Assembly: GCF_963506605.1 (NCBI RefSeq)
Contig: NC_083292.1
Span: 39,060,001 to 39,124,000 of the forward strand
From: Zootoca vivipara
Lineage: Eukaryota
Direction: 5' to 3'
Length of the DNA stretch: 64,000 bases
Both the position numbers and the translations under genes were made by a program. The notes below the pieces were generated by a model. It worked only from the letters and a program-made list of their open reading frames with translations. It was not told the origin of the DNA and did not search any database. Of this stretch, positions 1 to 10,296 are shown piece by piece (positions within the stretch are counted from its first letter, which is position 1; each line of letters opens with the position of its first letter).

Positions 1-498
1 TGCTAGATGGTAGCTTCCTATTAGTTGGATCCAGCATTAGTCCTGCTTAGAGCAGGACCCCTTGAAATTAACAAAGGTGGTGGATTTGTTCCTTATTTAG
101 CTGTTTTCATTTATAAATCCTGCCTTCTCCCCAGGCCGGGACTCAAGGCGACTTACACAAGTTAAAGCGGCACAGAGAAAGTACAAGAAGCTAAAACCAT
201 ATTTTAAAATAGTTTGTTTAAACTATAATAGAATCAAAATAGTACAAAGACAGATTGAAATATAGATTATAAAAAAGCAGCACGGCAGTGCCAAAAGCCC
301 TTTCCTTAAAAACAGTCATTCCCAAAAGCCTGTCAGAATAAATTTATCTCCATCTGCCATTAGGAAGGGCAAGGAGGGAGCCAGTCTCTCTGAATAAGGC
401 CCATTAGTACCAGTAAGTCTTCGTTGGATACCGCCCAGTATCCCGTTCTTGGGTCGCCAGGTCGGGGCTAACCATGCTTCTCTCTCTCTCTCAATCAG

Positions 499-598
499 AC
501 CAGACGAAGGCCGTCTCTTCTGGCGCTCTGCCTGCCAGCCAGTCCCTCTTCTCCCAGGGAAGCAGTTTCATAGCTCCACGTCCCACCGAGAACTTCAG
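499..598 (+). CDS. ARNT: ARNT internal exon (..[34 protein letters not shown])
   Basis: tcaatcag acceptor after CT tract, AG/gtgagg donor; homologous to ARNT DQSKGISSS..PRPAENFR. Confidence 0.9.
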
Positions 599-3565
599 GT
601 GAGGTCCAAGATACAATCTCAAGACTCCTGTGATTGGCTGAGGTTCTTTTCCAGTTTAGCCCAGCCTCCGCAGTGCAGCGGTTAGAGTGAGTAAGGGTTC
701 AAATCCTCACTCAGCCATCAAGCTCACAGTCTTCCAGCCGAACCTACCTCAAAGTGGGGCGGGGGGACCATATATGCCACCTTGAGCTCCTCAGAAGAAA
801 GGCGAGATAGAAACTGAGCGAACAAATGGAAGAATGAATGGCATGCCAGCTCTCTAGTGCCTCTGCAGCCACACTGGCCTTTCCTCCCTTAACTCTGCCC
901 TCTTCCTCACCTCTGTAGGAGCAGCACGATGGTGCCCCCCGTGAACGTCATTCAGCAGCAGCTGCCCACAGCACCGCATTCAGCCTCAGCGGGGCAGATC
1001 CTGGCCCAGATCTCTCGCCACTCCAATCCCGATCAGGTCTCCGGGACCACGTGGGCTTCAGGGACAACACGGACGTCTTTCACAGCCCAGGTAGCTTTTG
1101 TCTTTTTCCTACAAACCATATATATGGGCATCCATAGTACGAAGTGGGCTTAGCCACAGTTTTGTGTCGAATAGTCACAAGCTGCCGTGTTTGCTGGAGG
1201 AGCTGGAGCTGGGCCTGGTTTAGGAGTACAGTATAGGAAGCTTCTGCCTCATAGAATCATAGAACTGTAGAGTTGGAAGGTACCCCTGGTGGTCATCTAG
1301 TCCAACCCCTTGCGATGCAGGAATCTCAACGAGATTGTACATAACAGATGGCCATCCAGCCTCGGCTTAAAAATCTCCAAGGAAGGACATTTTGTTCCTG
1401 CAAGGACATAAACTCCAGCTTCCCATAACCTACCAGTTGCTTTTTATTTATCTGCTCACTGTTTAAATTTCTTTGTTGTGCTCTTCTAGCAGGTGGCTTC
1501 CCAGGCTGTTAAGACTCGGCCGCCTTCCTTTGCCATGGGCACCTTCCAAGGCACCCCGTCCTCCTTCAGCCCCATGTCGACACAAGGCTCCACAGCTTCG
1601 CCAGGCGGGTCTGCCTACCCAAGCCTTGCCAGCCGCAACGCCAGCTTCGGTGAGTGTTCCCCACCGGGTTTGGAAGTTGCAAGCGGGGATCCTTCTGCTC
1701 AAGAGGCAGGACTCTGTCGCCATGCAGTTCCTCAGTCTGCATAAGCAACGCTGTGAAATGCTGGGCGTGTATGTTGAGCACAGCGGGAAGGGCCGGAGCT
1801 CAACAGAAGAATACCTGCTTTGCTTGCAGAAAGTCCCAGGTTCAATTTCAGGCATCTTCTGCTAGGGCTGTGGAGACCATGCCTGAACATAACAAGAGCC
1901 CGCAAGGACTGCCTCTCTCCATATGAACCTACCTGGACCCTGAGATCATCATCTGAGTCCCTTTTTCATATGCCTCCTCTAAGAGAGGTCCAGAGGCTGG
2001 CAACATGAGAAGAGGGCCTTTTCTGTACTGGCTCCCCAGTTGTGGAATGCTCTCCCCAGAGAGGCTTACCTGGCACCTTCCTTACATACCTTTAGGTGCC
2101 AGGCAAAAGCATTTCCCTTCAACCAAGCCTTTGGCTGATTAATATTCTACATCCTTTTAAATGTGTTTGTCATGGAAACAATCACACAATCAATTCTTCT
2201 TCTTTTTTGAAATAATTTTTATTGGTTTTACAAAATAAATCACGATTAACATTTTTCAATAAAAGAAAGGTTTAAAATAAAACAAGATTCTCCCAAATCT
2301 TAGGACTGCCCTCCTCCCCTCCGTGGGTGCTTTAAGTATCTTAATCAACTGCATATTAGAGTTCATCCAAATTTCAGTTCTCCAATATGTCCAAAGTCTA
2401 TATAACATTGCAAGAGTTATTCAAAGCATGCCATCAATCGCACAATCATTTACTGGTTGCCCGGAACAGTATCTTTCAGTCTTCCAACAGGAATACTTTC
2501 AAATGCCTCTTGAATATCAATAACAAGGGAGACAGTCGCACCTCACAAGGGAGGGCATCTCCTGTGAATCCACCTGGGATCTACCTTCTGCCCCACTTCT
2601 GATTGTTAGACCTCTTTCTGCAGTCCAAAGCAGGGCGTTTCCGCCCACCATCTCCTTCTAAGCCAAACCAGTAAATGTAGACCAAAGTGTGTTATCAAGG
2701 GCATGGGGAAAGAACAGTCTGTCTCCTACACTCGGTGCTTACTGCATTTTGTTCCTTTCAAAGCTGCTGGAGAGAGTGGACAGGCCCCAGCCCCGTTCCA
2801 GCCCAGGACAGCGGAGGGGGTCGCCGTGTGGTCGCAGTGGCAGGGTCAGCACCACGGACAGAGTCCAAGCGAGTCGCACACCCAGCAGCAGCCGCCAAAC
2901 CAGTCGGAAGTCTTCCCGGTCAGTCGACCTCCCCTCTGCCACAATTCCAGTAACGTTTCCTCCCCCCCCCCCCATTTTATAAATGGAGGCCAAGATGCCA
3001 AGGCTCCTTTTGCTAGGGATCCAAACCAGGATTTAAACCTCCGGCAGCCAACTCTATTTCCCCATCTTTGATTTATTTAAAAGCGCTAATAACCCAAGAT
3101 GTTGCACTATACTGAGCGATACCGTTGGTCCACCTAACTCAGTATTGTCTACACTGATCGGCAGCAGCTTTAGATCCTCTCACAGCACCCTTAACCAATG
3201 ACAGTCCCTGCGATTCTTTCTGGGAAGCCATAACTATTAAAGTGGTATAAGGGTGCTTTAAATGTATGATGCAGAAGCGATCTGAGTTAATATAGATAAA
3301 AGGTTTTACATAGCACAATTGAGGTTGGGGTTCACTTTAGGGGGCGCTGTTAAATGTTTGCAAGTAGGAAACCCTTCTCCTGCATTCAGGAACCACTTTC
3401 TGCCTGTCCTAGAAGATACAGTGCACCCAAGCAACAATAATTCATCCTCATTTTTGAATTCCCTTTCATTTACAGGACATGTTATCCATGCTGGGGGAAC
3501 AGGGAGCCAGCTACAACAATGAAGAGTTTCCCGAGCTGAACATGTTCCCTCCCTTTTCGGAATAA
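499..3565 (+). CDS. ARNT: Aryl hydrocarbon receptor nuclear translocator (HIF-1 beta), 3' part; join(499..598,919..1090,1490..1649,2764..2918,3476..3565)
   Basis: Spliced translation DQTKAVSSG...[15 protein letters not shown]...[17 protein letters not shown]...[11 protein letters not shown]...[15 protein letters not shown]...[29 protein letters not shown] matches the ARNT C-terminal transactivation domain; all junctions GT-AG and in phase; 5' exons lie outside the window. Confidence 0.96.
919..1090 (+). CDS. ARNT: ARNT internal exon ([28 protein letters not shown])
   Basis: ctctgtag acceptor, CAG/gtagct donor. Confidence 0.92.
1249..1388 (-). mobile_element. CR1 LINE 3' fragment
   Basis: catagaatcatagaa tail plus gagttggaagg..tagtccaacccc CR1 3' end. 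Confidence 0.7.
1490..1649 (+). CDS. ARNT: ARNT internal exon ([27 protein letters not shown])
   Basis: tagCAG tandem acceptor (1490 or 1493), G/gtgagt donor. Confidence 0.92.
1895..2170 (+). mobile_element. L2-clade LINE 3' fragment
   Basis: Clearly homologous to 13350-13600 (ctctccccatatgaacctacc..ggaatgctctcccc). Confidence 0.65.
2764..2918 (+). CDS. ARNT: ARNT penultimate exon ([27 protein letters not shown])
   Basis: ttcaaag acceptor, CCG/gtcagt donor. Confidence 0.92.
3476..3565 (+). CDS. ARNT: ARNT last coding exon ([16 protein letters not shown])
   Basis: tttacag acceptor, TAA at 3563-3565; diagnostic C-terminus. Confidence 0.95.
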   Translation, partial: DMLSMLGEQGASYNNEEFPELNMFPPFSE

Positions 3566-5617
3566 GGATGGGAAAACAATCCATGCAGATGGCGTAGTTT
3601 CCCCCGGCCCTCCATGTAGCGACGCAGGAAGGGAAGAGCATTTGTGACTCCCCACCCATCCTTTCTAACTTCTGTCAAAGACTGCCAAAGCCTTCCTACT
3701 TCTGGGAAGCAGAAGCGCTGCAGGCGAGGCGTCACAGAGGGAGTCCGGCTCATTCCCAGCTTGGGTGGAGCCTCCAACGAGGCCACTGTTTCCCTCCTTC
3801 CCAGCAGACCTGCCGCAAACCGGTTGCGTTTTGGAGAAAGCTGCGTGTGCAGTCAAAAAGCAGTCACAAGGACTTGGGGAGCCCAATGAGGGGACGATAC
3901 TCAGTGTGCGATCATCAGGGATTTTTAAAAGCTCAATGGGTGTTTAGGTTTTTTTTTTAAAAAAAAACACCCTACGCCATAACCTTTTATACATATATAC
4001 ATATATATAAATATATCAAAATTGTATTCTTGTTTATACGATGTCAGGGAATGGGGGCAGAATTTGCACCCCGAAATGATGCTTAAAGCGCTGTGTAATT
4101 CCGTCACCTGTGAACACCCGAGGCATATAGAGGAACTCGTTGCCGCACACTCGTTTCACTAGCGTCCGCACTCGTGTGTTCAGGTCTTGCACGTTATCTC
4201 CCTTGAGCAGTGTTAATGAAATGGAGAAATGGAGGGGTCTGCCTGCCCCCACCCCAACGGTTCACAGTGCTGGGCTAGCAACTTTCTCCCCCACCAGGAC
4301 TTGGATGCTGTGTATGTCTTTAGGGCATTATGCTCTCCCCATAATGTATAGGGGAACTGGGATGCCAGCCGGCACTAGGAACAACAGGGAAGTTGGGGGT
4401 GGGGAGTTGGGGGGCATCGAAGCTGGCTGCAGTTGGCTAGTCAAGGAAAAAGTAGGCATGGCGTGTCCTGAAGGAAGCCTTCAGGTTCCTCTGTTCTCTG
4501 GAAACCCAGACAAGCAAGTGTGGTGTTTGCCTTCTGGGATGATGAGACTCAAGGTATCCACCAATGAAGCTGGCCCCGTTCTTCCCATAACGTGTGCAAT
4601 TAAAAGTGGGCCTTGCTCATTAGCGGAACCCTCTTGGTTTTCTTTTTTCTTGTAATGCTTCAGGATGGGCAACACTTCCAAGCCATAAAAATCATCGGTA
4701 GCACAAAAGCTTTTTGTTGTTGTTGCATTGTTGAGGATTTTGGGGTTCACGTGGGTCTCCTTTGTGTCCATCCCTCTCTTAATGTGAAATGGGACAGGGC
4801 TGCGATCTTCCCTTGGCGCTCACACAATTCTGGAAACAAGCGGATTTAATCTGAGCAGGTTTCCTGTCCACCTGTTGTTCCTGGTGATGTCTCCCCCCTG
4901 CCCTCCTTCAGTGGCAGGGGGGGGGGAGAACACACACACCTGTCTCTCTACCCCAATCCAGGCATCATCCTGCTCACCTGTTCTAGGGGGTGGGGAGTAA
5001 GAATTGAGATGAGATGATGGGAACCTTGTTCTGGAGATGTGTGATCGTCATTGAAATGTACTTACATTTGTCATGAAGCCTGAATTCTTGGAATCTACCA
5101 CTGTCTTCTTTCAGAAATTGCAGTTGAAAGTGGGGTGCACTCCAGGCTTTGGATAGAGAGGAAGACTGTTCCTCTCGTGTTCCAGATGTTATTTATACGA
5201 TATCGAATAGTGTAACAATGCAGTGCTGTCTTTTCTGAAAAGGAAAAATGAAAGATCAGGATAAATTCTTTTAAAAACCCATGGTGATTCTCATTTCTAT
5301 CTTGCAAAACTCAGCCATTGTTTGCCAAACCGCAAGGATTGATCTCCCGGTGTCCCAAAAATATGGCACCAACCACTTTGCGATTTAAAAGCAACAATAA
5401 CTTTTTAGTAATGACTGCAGAATTCAGCATCTGGATAATTTCTACTTCTTTTTTTCTTTTTTGTACTTTTTTTTTTTAAAAAAAAAAAATCAAGTTCCTA
5501 GCCCTCATGATGAAGAGGACCAGCTTGATGTCTGTGGGCCCATGTCTCAGAAGCATTTTACTGTTTTTTGTGTCGGCCTTTTGTCCCTTGCCCTGGCTTA
5601 ACAGAGCAATTATGCAA

Positions 5618-5623
5618 AATAAA
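5618..5623 (+). terminator. Probable ARNT polyadenylation signal
   Basis: AATAAA at the end of a ~2 kb TE-free stretch, followed by GT/T-rich sequence. Confidence 0.55.
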
Positions 5624-6338
5624 CGATATGCCATATGTTTTATTCATGATGTTGTGCTCAGCTTTGATGAGAAAAGAGTTTCTTTTTTCCTGAATTTCAG
5701 GTGGTGGGTTTTAAGAATACGGGTATATGGTGTTTCCCCCAGGGACAGATTAACTTGGACCACTGTGCCAGCTCAGGCTGTAGACTTCTTTCTTCAAGAA
5801 GACATTGGGATTCAGAATCTCATCAGGCTGTGCTTTGGGGGTCTGTTTCCAGAGGCGGGGCATTGTGGGGGGTGTCAACAGACCAGTACCTCAAAAGCGG
5901 TGTGTACCCGACACCTCGAGGATTGAGATCTCCCCCAGCTGTCCTGGAAATGCCATTGGGGATTGAAATTGGGGGCTTCTGCATGCAAGGCAGGTGTTCT
6001 GCTGCTGAGCTGCAACCCTTCCCTGTTCCCATGATGCTCCATGACCCACAAGGCACCCTGAGCATGCATGCAATGGGGCACAGGCTGGCAGTAAGAAAGA
6101 GACCTTGGCACAGAAGGCAGCATCCATCTCTCCTGCCCAAGAGCCTGAACATTGCCCACCCCAATGCCACTTTACCCATAGTGCACTGCGCTGCAGACCA
6201 CCACCCCACCAACCTCATCACTGAGCTACTTGCAAAAAACAGAGTAAGATCCCAGTCCTCATGGTTCTTAATGAGAGAGGACAAAGGTTTCTTCTTTTTC
6301 TAGCTGACCTGTGAACTGGCAGGGATACTACCGCAGAG

Positions 6339-6598
6339 CCAGAGAAGCAGACACGTAGCAATGGATTCAAGCTGCAAGAAAGAAGATTCCACCTAAACAT
6401 TAGGAAGAACTTCCTGACAGTAAGAACTGTTCGACAGTGGGATTTGCTGCCAAGGAGTGTGGTGGAGTCTCCTCCTTTGGAGGTCTTTAAGCGGAGGCTT
6501 GACAGCCATCTGTCAGGAATGCTTTGATGGTGTTTCCTGCTTGGCAGGGGGTTGGACTGGATGGCCCTTGTGGTCTCTTCCAACTCTATGATTCTATG
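6339..6598 (+). mobile_element. Young CR1 LINE 3' fragment
   Basis: Near-identical to 42000-42261; ends in attctatg tail. Confidence 0.85.
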
Positions 6599-8066
6599 GC
6601 TCATTTACATAATAATCCATGGTTCATTACACTGGGTGCTTTCCCCACAACAGCCAGAAACGAGGAGCAGCTTGCCCTGTTTACTGGTACTCCCAGGGTA
6701 TATTGCTTCTATATCTGGAGGCTCTATTGTGCATAAATAGCTATCAGAAGATCTATGTAAACTCATTTAATCCTTTTTAAATAAGAACCATTACTTCTCT
6801 CTCTCGACAGAGAAAAAAAGCGGTTTGACCACACTACATTTAACCTCCAAAGAATCCTGGGAACTCATTTGTTAGGGGTACTGGGAAATGCAGCTACAGT
6901 TCCCAGGATTTTTTTTTTGGGGGGAGCCTTAAATGTATGGGGTGTAGGGCAGCCACAACCTTTCTCCTACATGGACACAAACCACGTAGCAGCTGCCTTA
7001 CACGGAATTGGAAGGGACCCTGTGGCCATGTAGCCCACCCCCTGCAATGCAGGAACTTAGGGATGCCTACTTTGGCTGGCTGGCTGAGGTTCTCTGGGGA
7101 TTATTTCTAAAACTGGAACTGCCAGCAATTCAATTTGGAGCTGTTCCACACACTCAGCTGGTGCCCTCCCTCAGATCTCTGACGTGGTTACAGCCTTAAT
7201 GCTCACCTGGCTCAGGTAAACATGCAATGCCATGACGACAGAGCAGCTACAGCAAAAGGCCTCCCAATTCTGCTCCTGGTCCCTAGCTCAGTGTCTTAAC
7301 CACTACCCCACACTGCCCCAGAGTGTCCCCCAGCCTCCCCCCTGCCATCTCTCAGCCTCCTGCTTCCGCCAGTTGAAGAGTTGAGATGAAATGCAGACCA
7401 TGCCTGCAAACGATGCTTCTGGCCAGGAGTTAAACCTCTGCCTTTTTTCTTTTCTTTTTACACCACTGGCCTCCGCAAAGCCTGTATCAGAAGTTAAGCT
7501 CTGCTTCTCTCACCCCTTTTAAAGTTTCTGCGTCTGTGATGCTGCAGGGTGGCTCTGAAGAGGCCCAGGGACCAGAATAATAATGAGGACAATTTATTTT
7601 TCCCCCACAATCTACTGGTGTGCAGAACAGTATATATTGATTTACTTTGGCCTGTCCCAACAGGGAGTGCTCTTGCTTCACTTTCACATTCAGGTGTGTT
7701 CTTATTTACACAGGGTTCTAAGAGACCAAAAGGGGTAATCTAGTCCAACCCCTGCCATCATGGCACCTTGAATGGGGCCCAGAAACAAACTGGCAACCAG
7801 TGCAGCTGCTTTTAAGATGGGTTATGTGAGATCTAAACGAAATCCCAGCCAGTAGTCTCGCTGCGGCATTTTGGACCAATAGACCAAATCCCCCCCCCCT
7901 TTCCTCCACCACCAAATTCAGCCATGAAGCTCTCACAGGGGCAACTTTGGCTCATCCATCACTGCCTCCCATCCTAAGCTACCTCAGAGGGTTGCTGGGA
8001 GGATACAGTGCCCCCTCAAGCTATTTGGAGGAAAGGAGGGATACATGTGATATAGTTTCGCAAACT

Positions 8067-8068
<2 letters not shown>

Positions 8069-8099
<31 letters not shown>
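8069..8099. repeat. (TG)n microsatellite
   Basis: Direct reading. Confidence 0.95.
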
Positions 8100-8102
<3 letters not shown>

Positions 8103-8454
8103 CATGTGAGATAGTTTCGCAAACTGGCGTGTGATTTTGTCCCCGAATAAAACCGCTTCATGGCTTGCAGCAAAGCAGTCAGTTCCTCCTATGACCCATT
8201 TCCCATTTCTTTTAGGGGGGAGGGAACCCACCACCAGCAGCAATATAGTCATAAGTTTCCCACTTCCTCTTTCCCACCCCCTACTTCAGCTGAAAGGGCT
8301 TTTTATAGTTGTGGTGGAGCCAACAGGTGGAGCTTTTGCGCAGCAGAGCAGCAGCCCGGGTTGAATGATCTTCCTGCAGAGGGAAGTACTGTATGCTAGA
8401 GGGAAGGGGAAATGGGTCCTGCATTTGCACTAACTAAGCTCTGAAAGAGTAGGG

Positions 8455-8578
8455 CATCTGAAGGCAGCCCTGTTTAGGGAGGCTTTTAATGTTTAATAGA
8501 TTACTGTGTTTTATTTTCCTGTTGGAAGCTGCCCAGAGTGGCTGGGGAAACCCAGCCAGATGGACTGGGTATAAATAA

Positions 8579-8626
<48 letters not shown>
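8455..8626 (+). mobile_element. L2-type LINE 3' end with (TTA)n tail
   Basis: catctgaaggcagccctgtttaggga..ggtataaataaat(tat)n; homologous to 57620-57720. Confidence 0.7.
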
Positions 8627-9857
8627 GCTCTGTACGTGCGCATCAGCCAGCACCAACCCCTGCACATCTTTGGGAACTACAATTCCCACTGGCTGGGGCT
8701 GACGGGAGCTGTAATTCCACAACAGCAGGAGGCTACTGGGCTGTGGTTTACATTTTACGGAGGGCTGTAAGATCTTATTCTTCTCAGGTTGGGATTCAAG
8801 GCAGCTTACAACATTTGCGGACAAAAATACAAAGCAATAAAAACAAGCTAGTTAAAAGCAGTGATTATAATGCATCAGAACACGTTTAGAACTAGGAATT
8901 AAAGTACAGCCTGACTTGACAGCAGCCCAGTGATCAGCATCGCCTGCACCTCAGGCTCAATCTAGACACATCAAATAAGCGTTTCAATTAAATGCGTTGC
9001 AAACTTTGTATGAGAAATCGGGTTGGCAAAAATGGAACTCCACAGCACCATCTGGCGTTGCAGTGTTAGAATGCATAAGCAATGAATATAAAGTGTTTTT
9101 TCTTTGCCAATGTAGCTGAGACCTCTGTTTCCAAAGGTCTGTTTGAACAGGAAGATTTCGCTCAGCCTGCTGGCGGAAAGAGTGAGCGAGGAGGGAGCCA
9201 GCCTCAGCCTGGCCTCTCTTGGGAGGGAATTCCACAATATGGAAGCAACCACAGAAAAGGCTCTCTCTTCTGTCATGCTTCTTATGTTGATGGGGTTGAG
9301 AGAAGATTGTTAGACTCCAGCTCCTATCAGTGCTGGTGCTCAGGTCCTGCTTCTGGGGTCCCTAATGGGGCACCTGGGTGCCCACGGTGAGAACAGGGGG
9401 CCGGACTAGACAGCTACAGTACTCTTCTGGCACCAACAGAGGCAGCCTCAAAGAGGCCATAGCAGTTTGGGAGGTCTTGCGTGACAAAACTTGCTTCCCT
9501 GGAAGATCAAACTTCTTGTGATAAAGGAAAGCAATGGCAGAACTTACTAGGGACTCAGCCACATTAGTCAAAAAAACACTTTGAATGTGTTATGAGCATG
9601 CAACACCAGATGGCCCAGAAAGCAAACAAATTTTCTATGCAGTTTTTACATAGGTTTTTTTTTTCTTTTGTTATAGCAATTTAATTTCTGACTTACTTAT
9701 AGCGGGTTTTTCCTGTGTGCTCCACCCCAGGAAGTTGGGACTGGTGCTGTTTGACACAATGTCATCTAACCTCCCTGCAAACAAATTGGAACGAAGGCTC
9801 CTGAAATAGTTAACATCGTCTGACATCCCTGCAGACAGATCAGGATGAATGTTTGAC

Positions 9858-10296
9858 AAAGAGGTTGTCTGGAAGTGGCTTTATATGGTCACTGCCAGCT
9901 AAGAAGCCTTAATCTAAGGCAGCAACCATTGCTAGACCTTGGCACATCAAATCCTGCCTGTTAATTAATAATTATGCCTTGTGTAATTCTGTCTGCTCTG
10001 AAAAATCAACTGCTGCATACCTGGACGGAATATGAAGAGAGGGGTGGTGGTGTAGAAATCTCTGAGTTTTGCATGATTTGAATATAGCCTTGTATGGTAA
10101 GTCAGTTCCATGACTTGATAAAGAGGTTGTCTGGAAGTGGCTTTATATGGTCACTGCCAGCTAGGAAGCCTTAATCTAAGGCAGCAACCATTGCTGGACC
10201 TTGGCACATCGAATCCCGCCTGTTAATTAATAATTATGCCTTGTGTAATTCTGTCTGCTCTGAAAAATCAACTGCTGCATACCTGGACGGAATATG
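9858..10296. repeat. 177-bp direct duplication (9858-10034, 10120-10296) with 85-bp spacer
   Basis: Two copies differ at only 4 positions by manual alignment. Confidence 0.95.

Noticed and set aside
4140-4655. 171-aa ORF
   Set aside because: Lies in the ARNT 3'UTR, TTG start, no homology recognised
5701-6303. 200-aa ORF downstream of ARNT
   Set aside because: Non-ATG start, overlaps a SINE, no recognisable domain, overlapping ORFs in several frames
8434-8824. Poly-I and poly-N ORFs (also poly-E at 57680-57874)
   Set aside because: Translations of microsatellites
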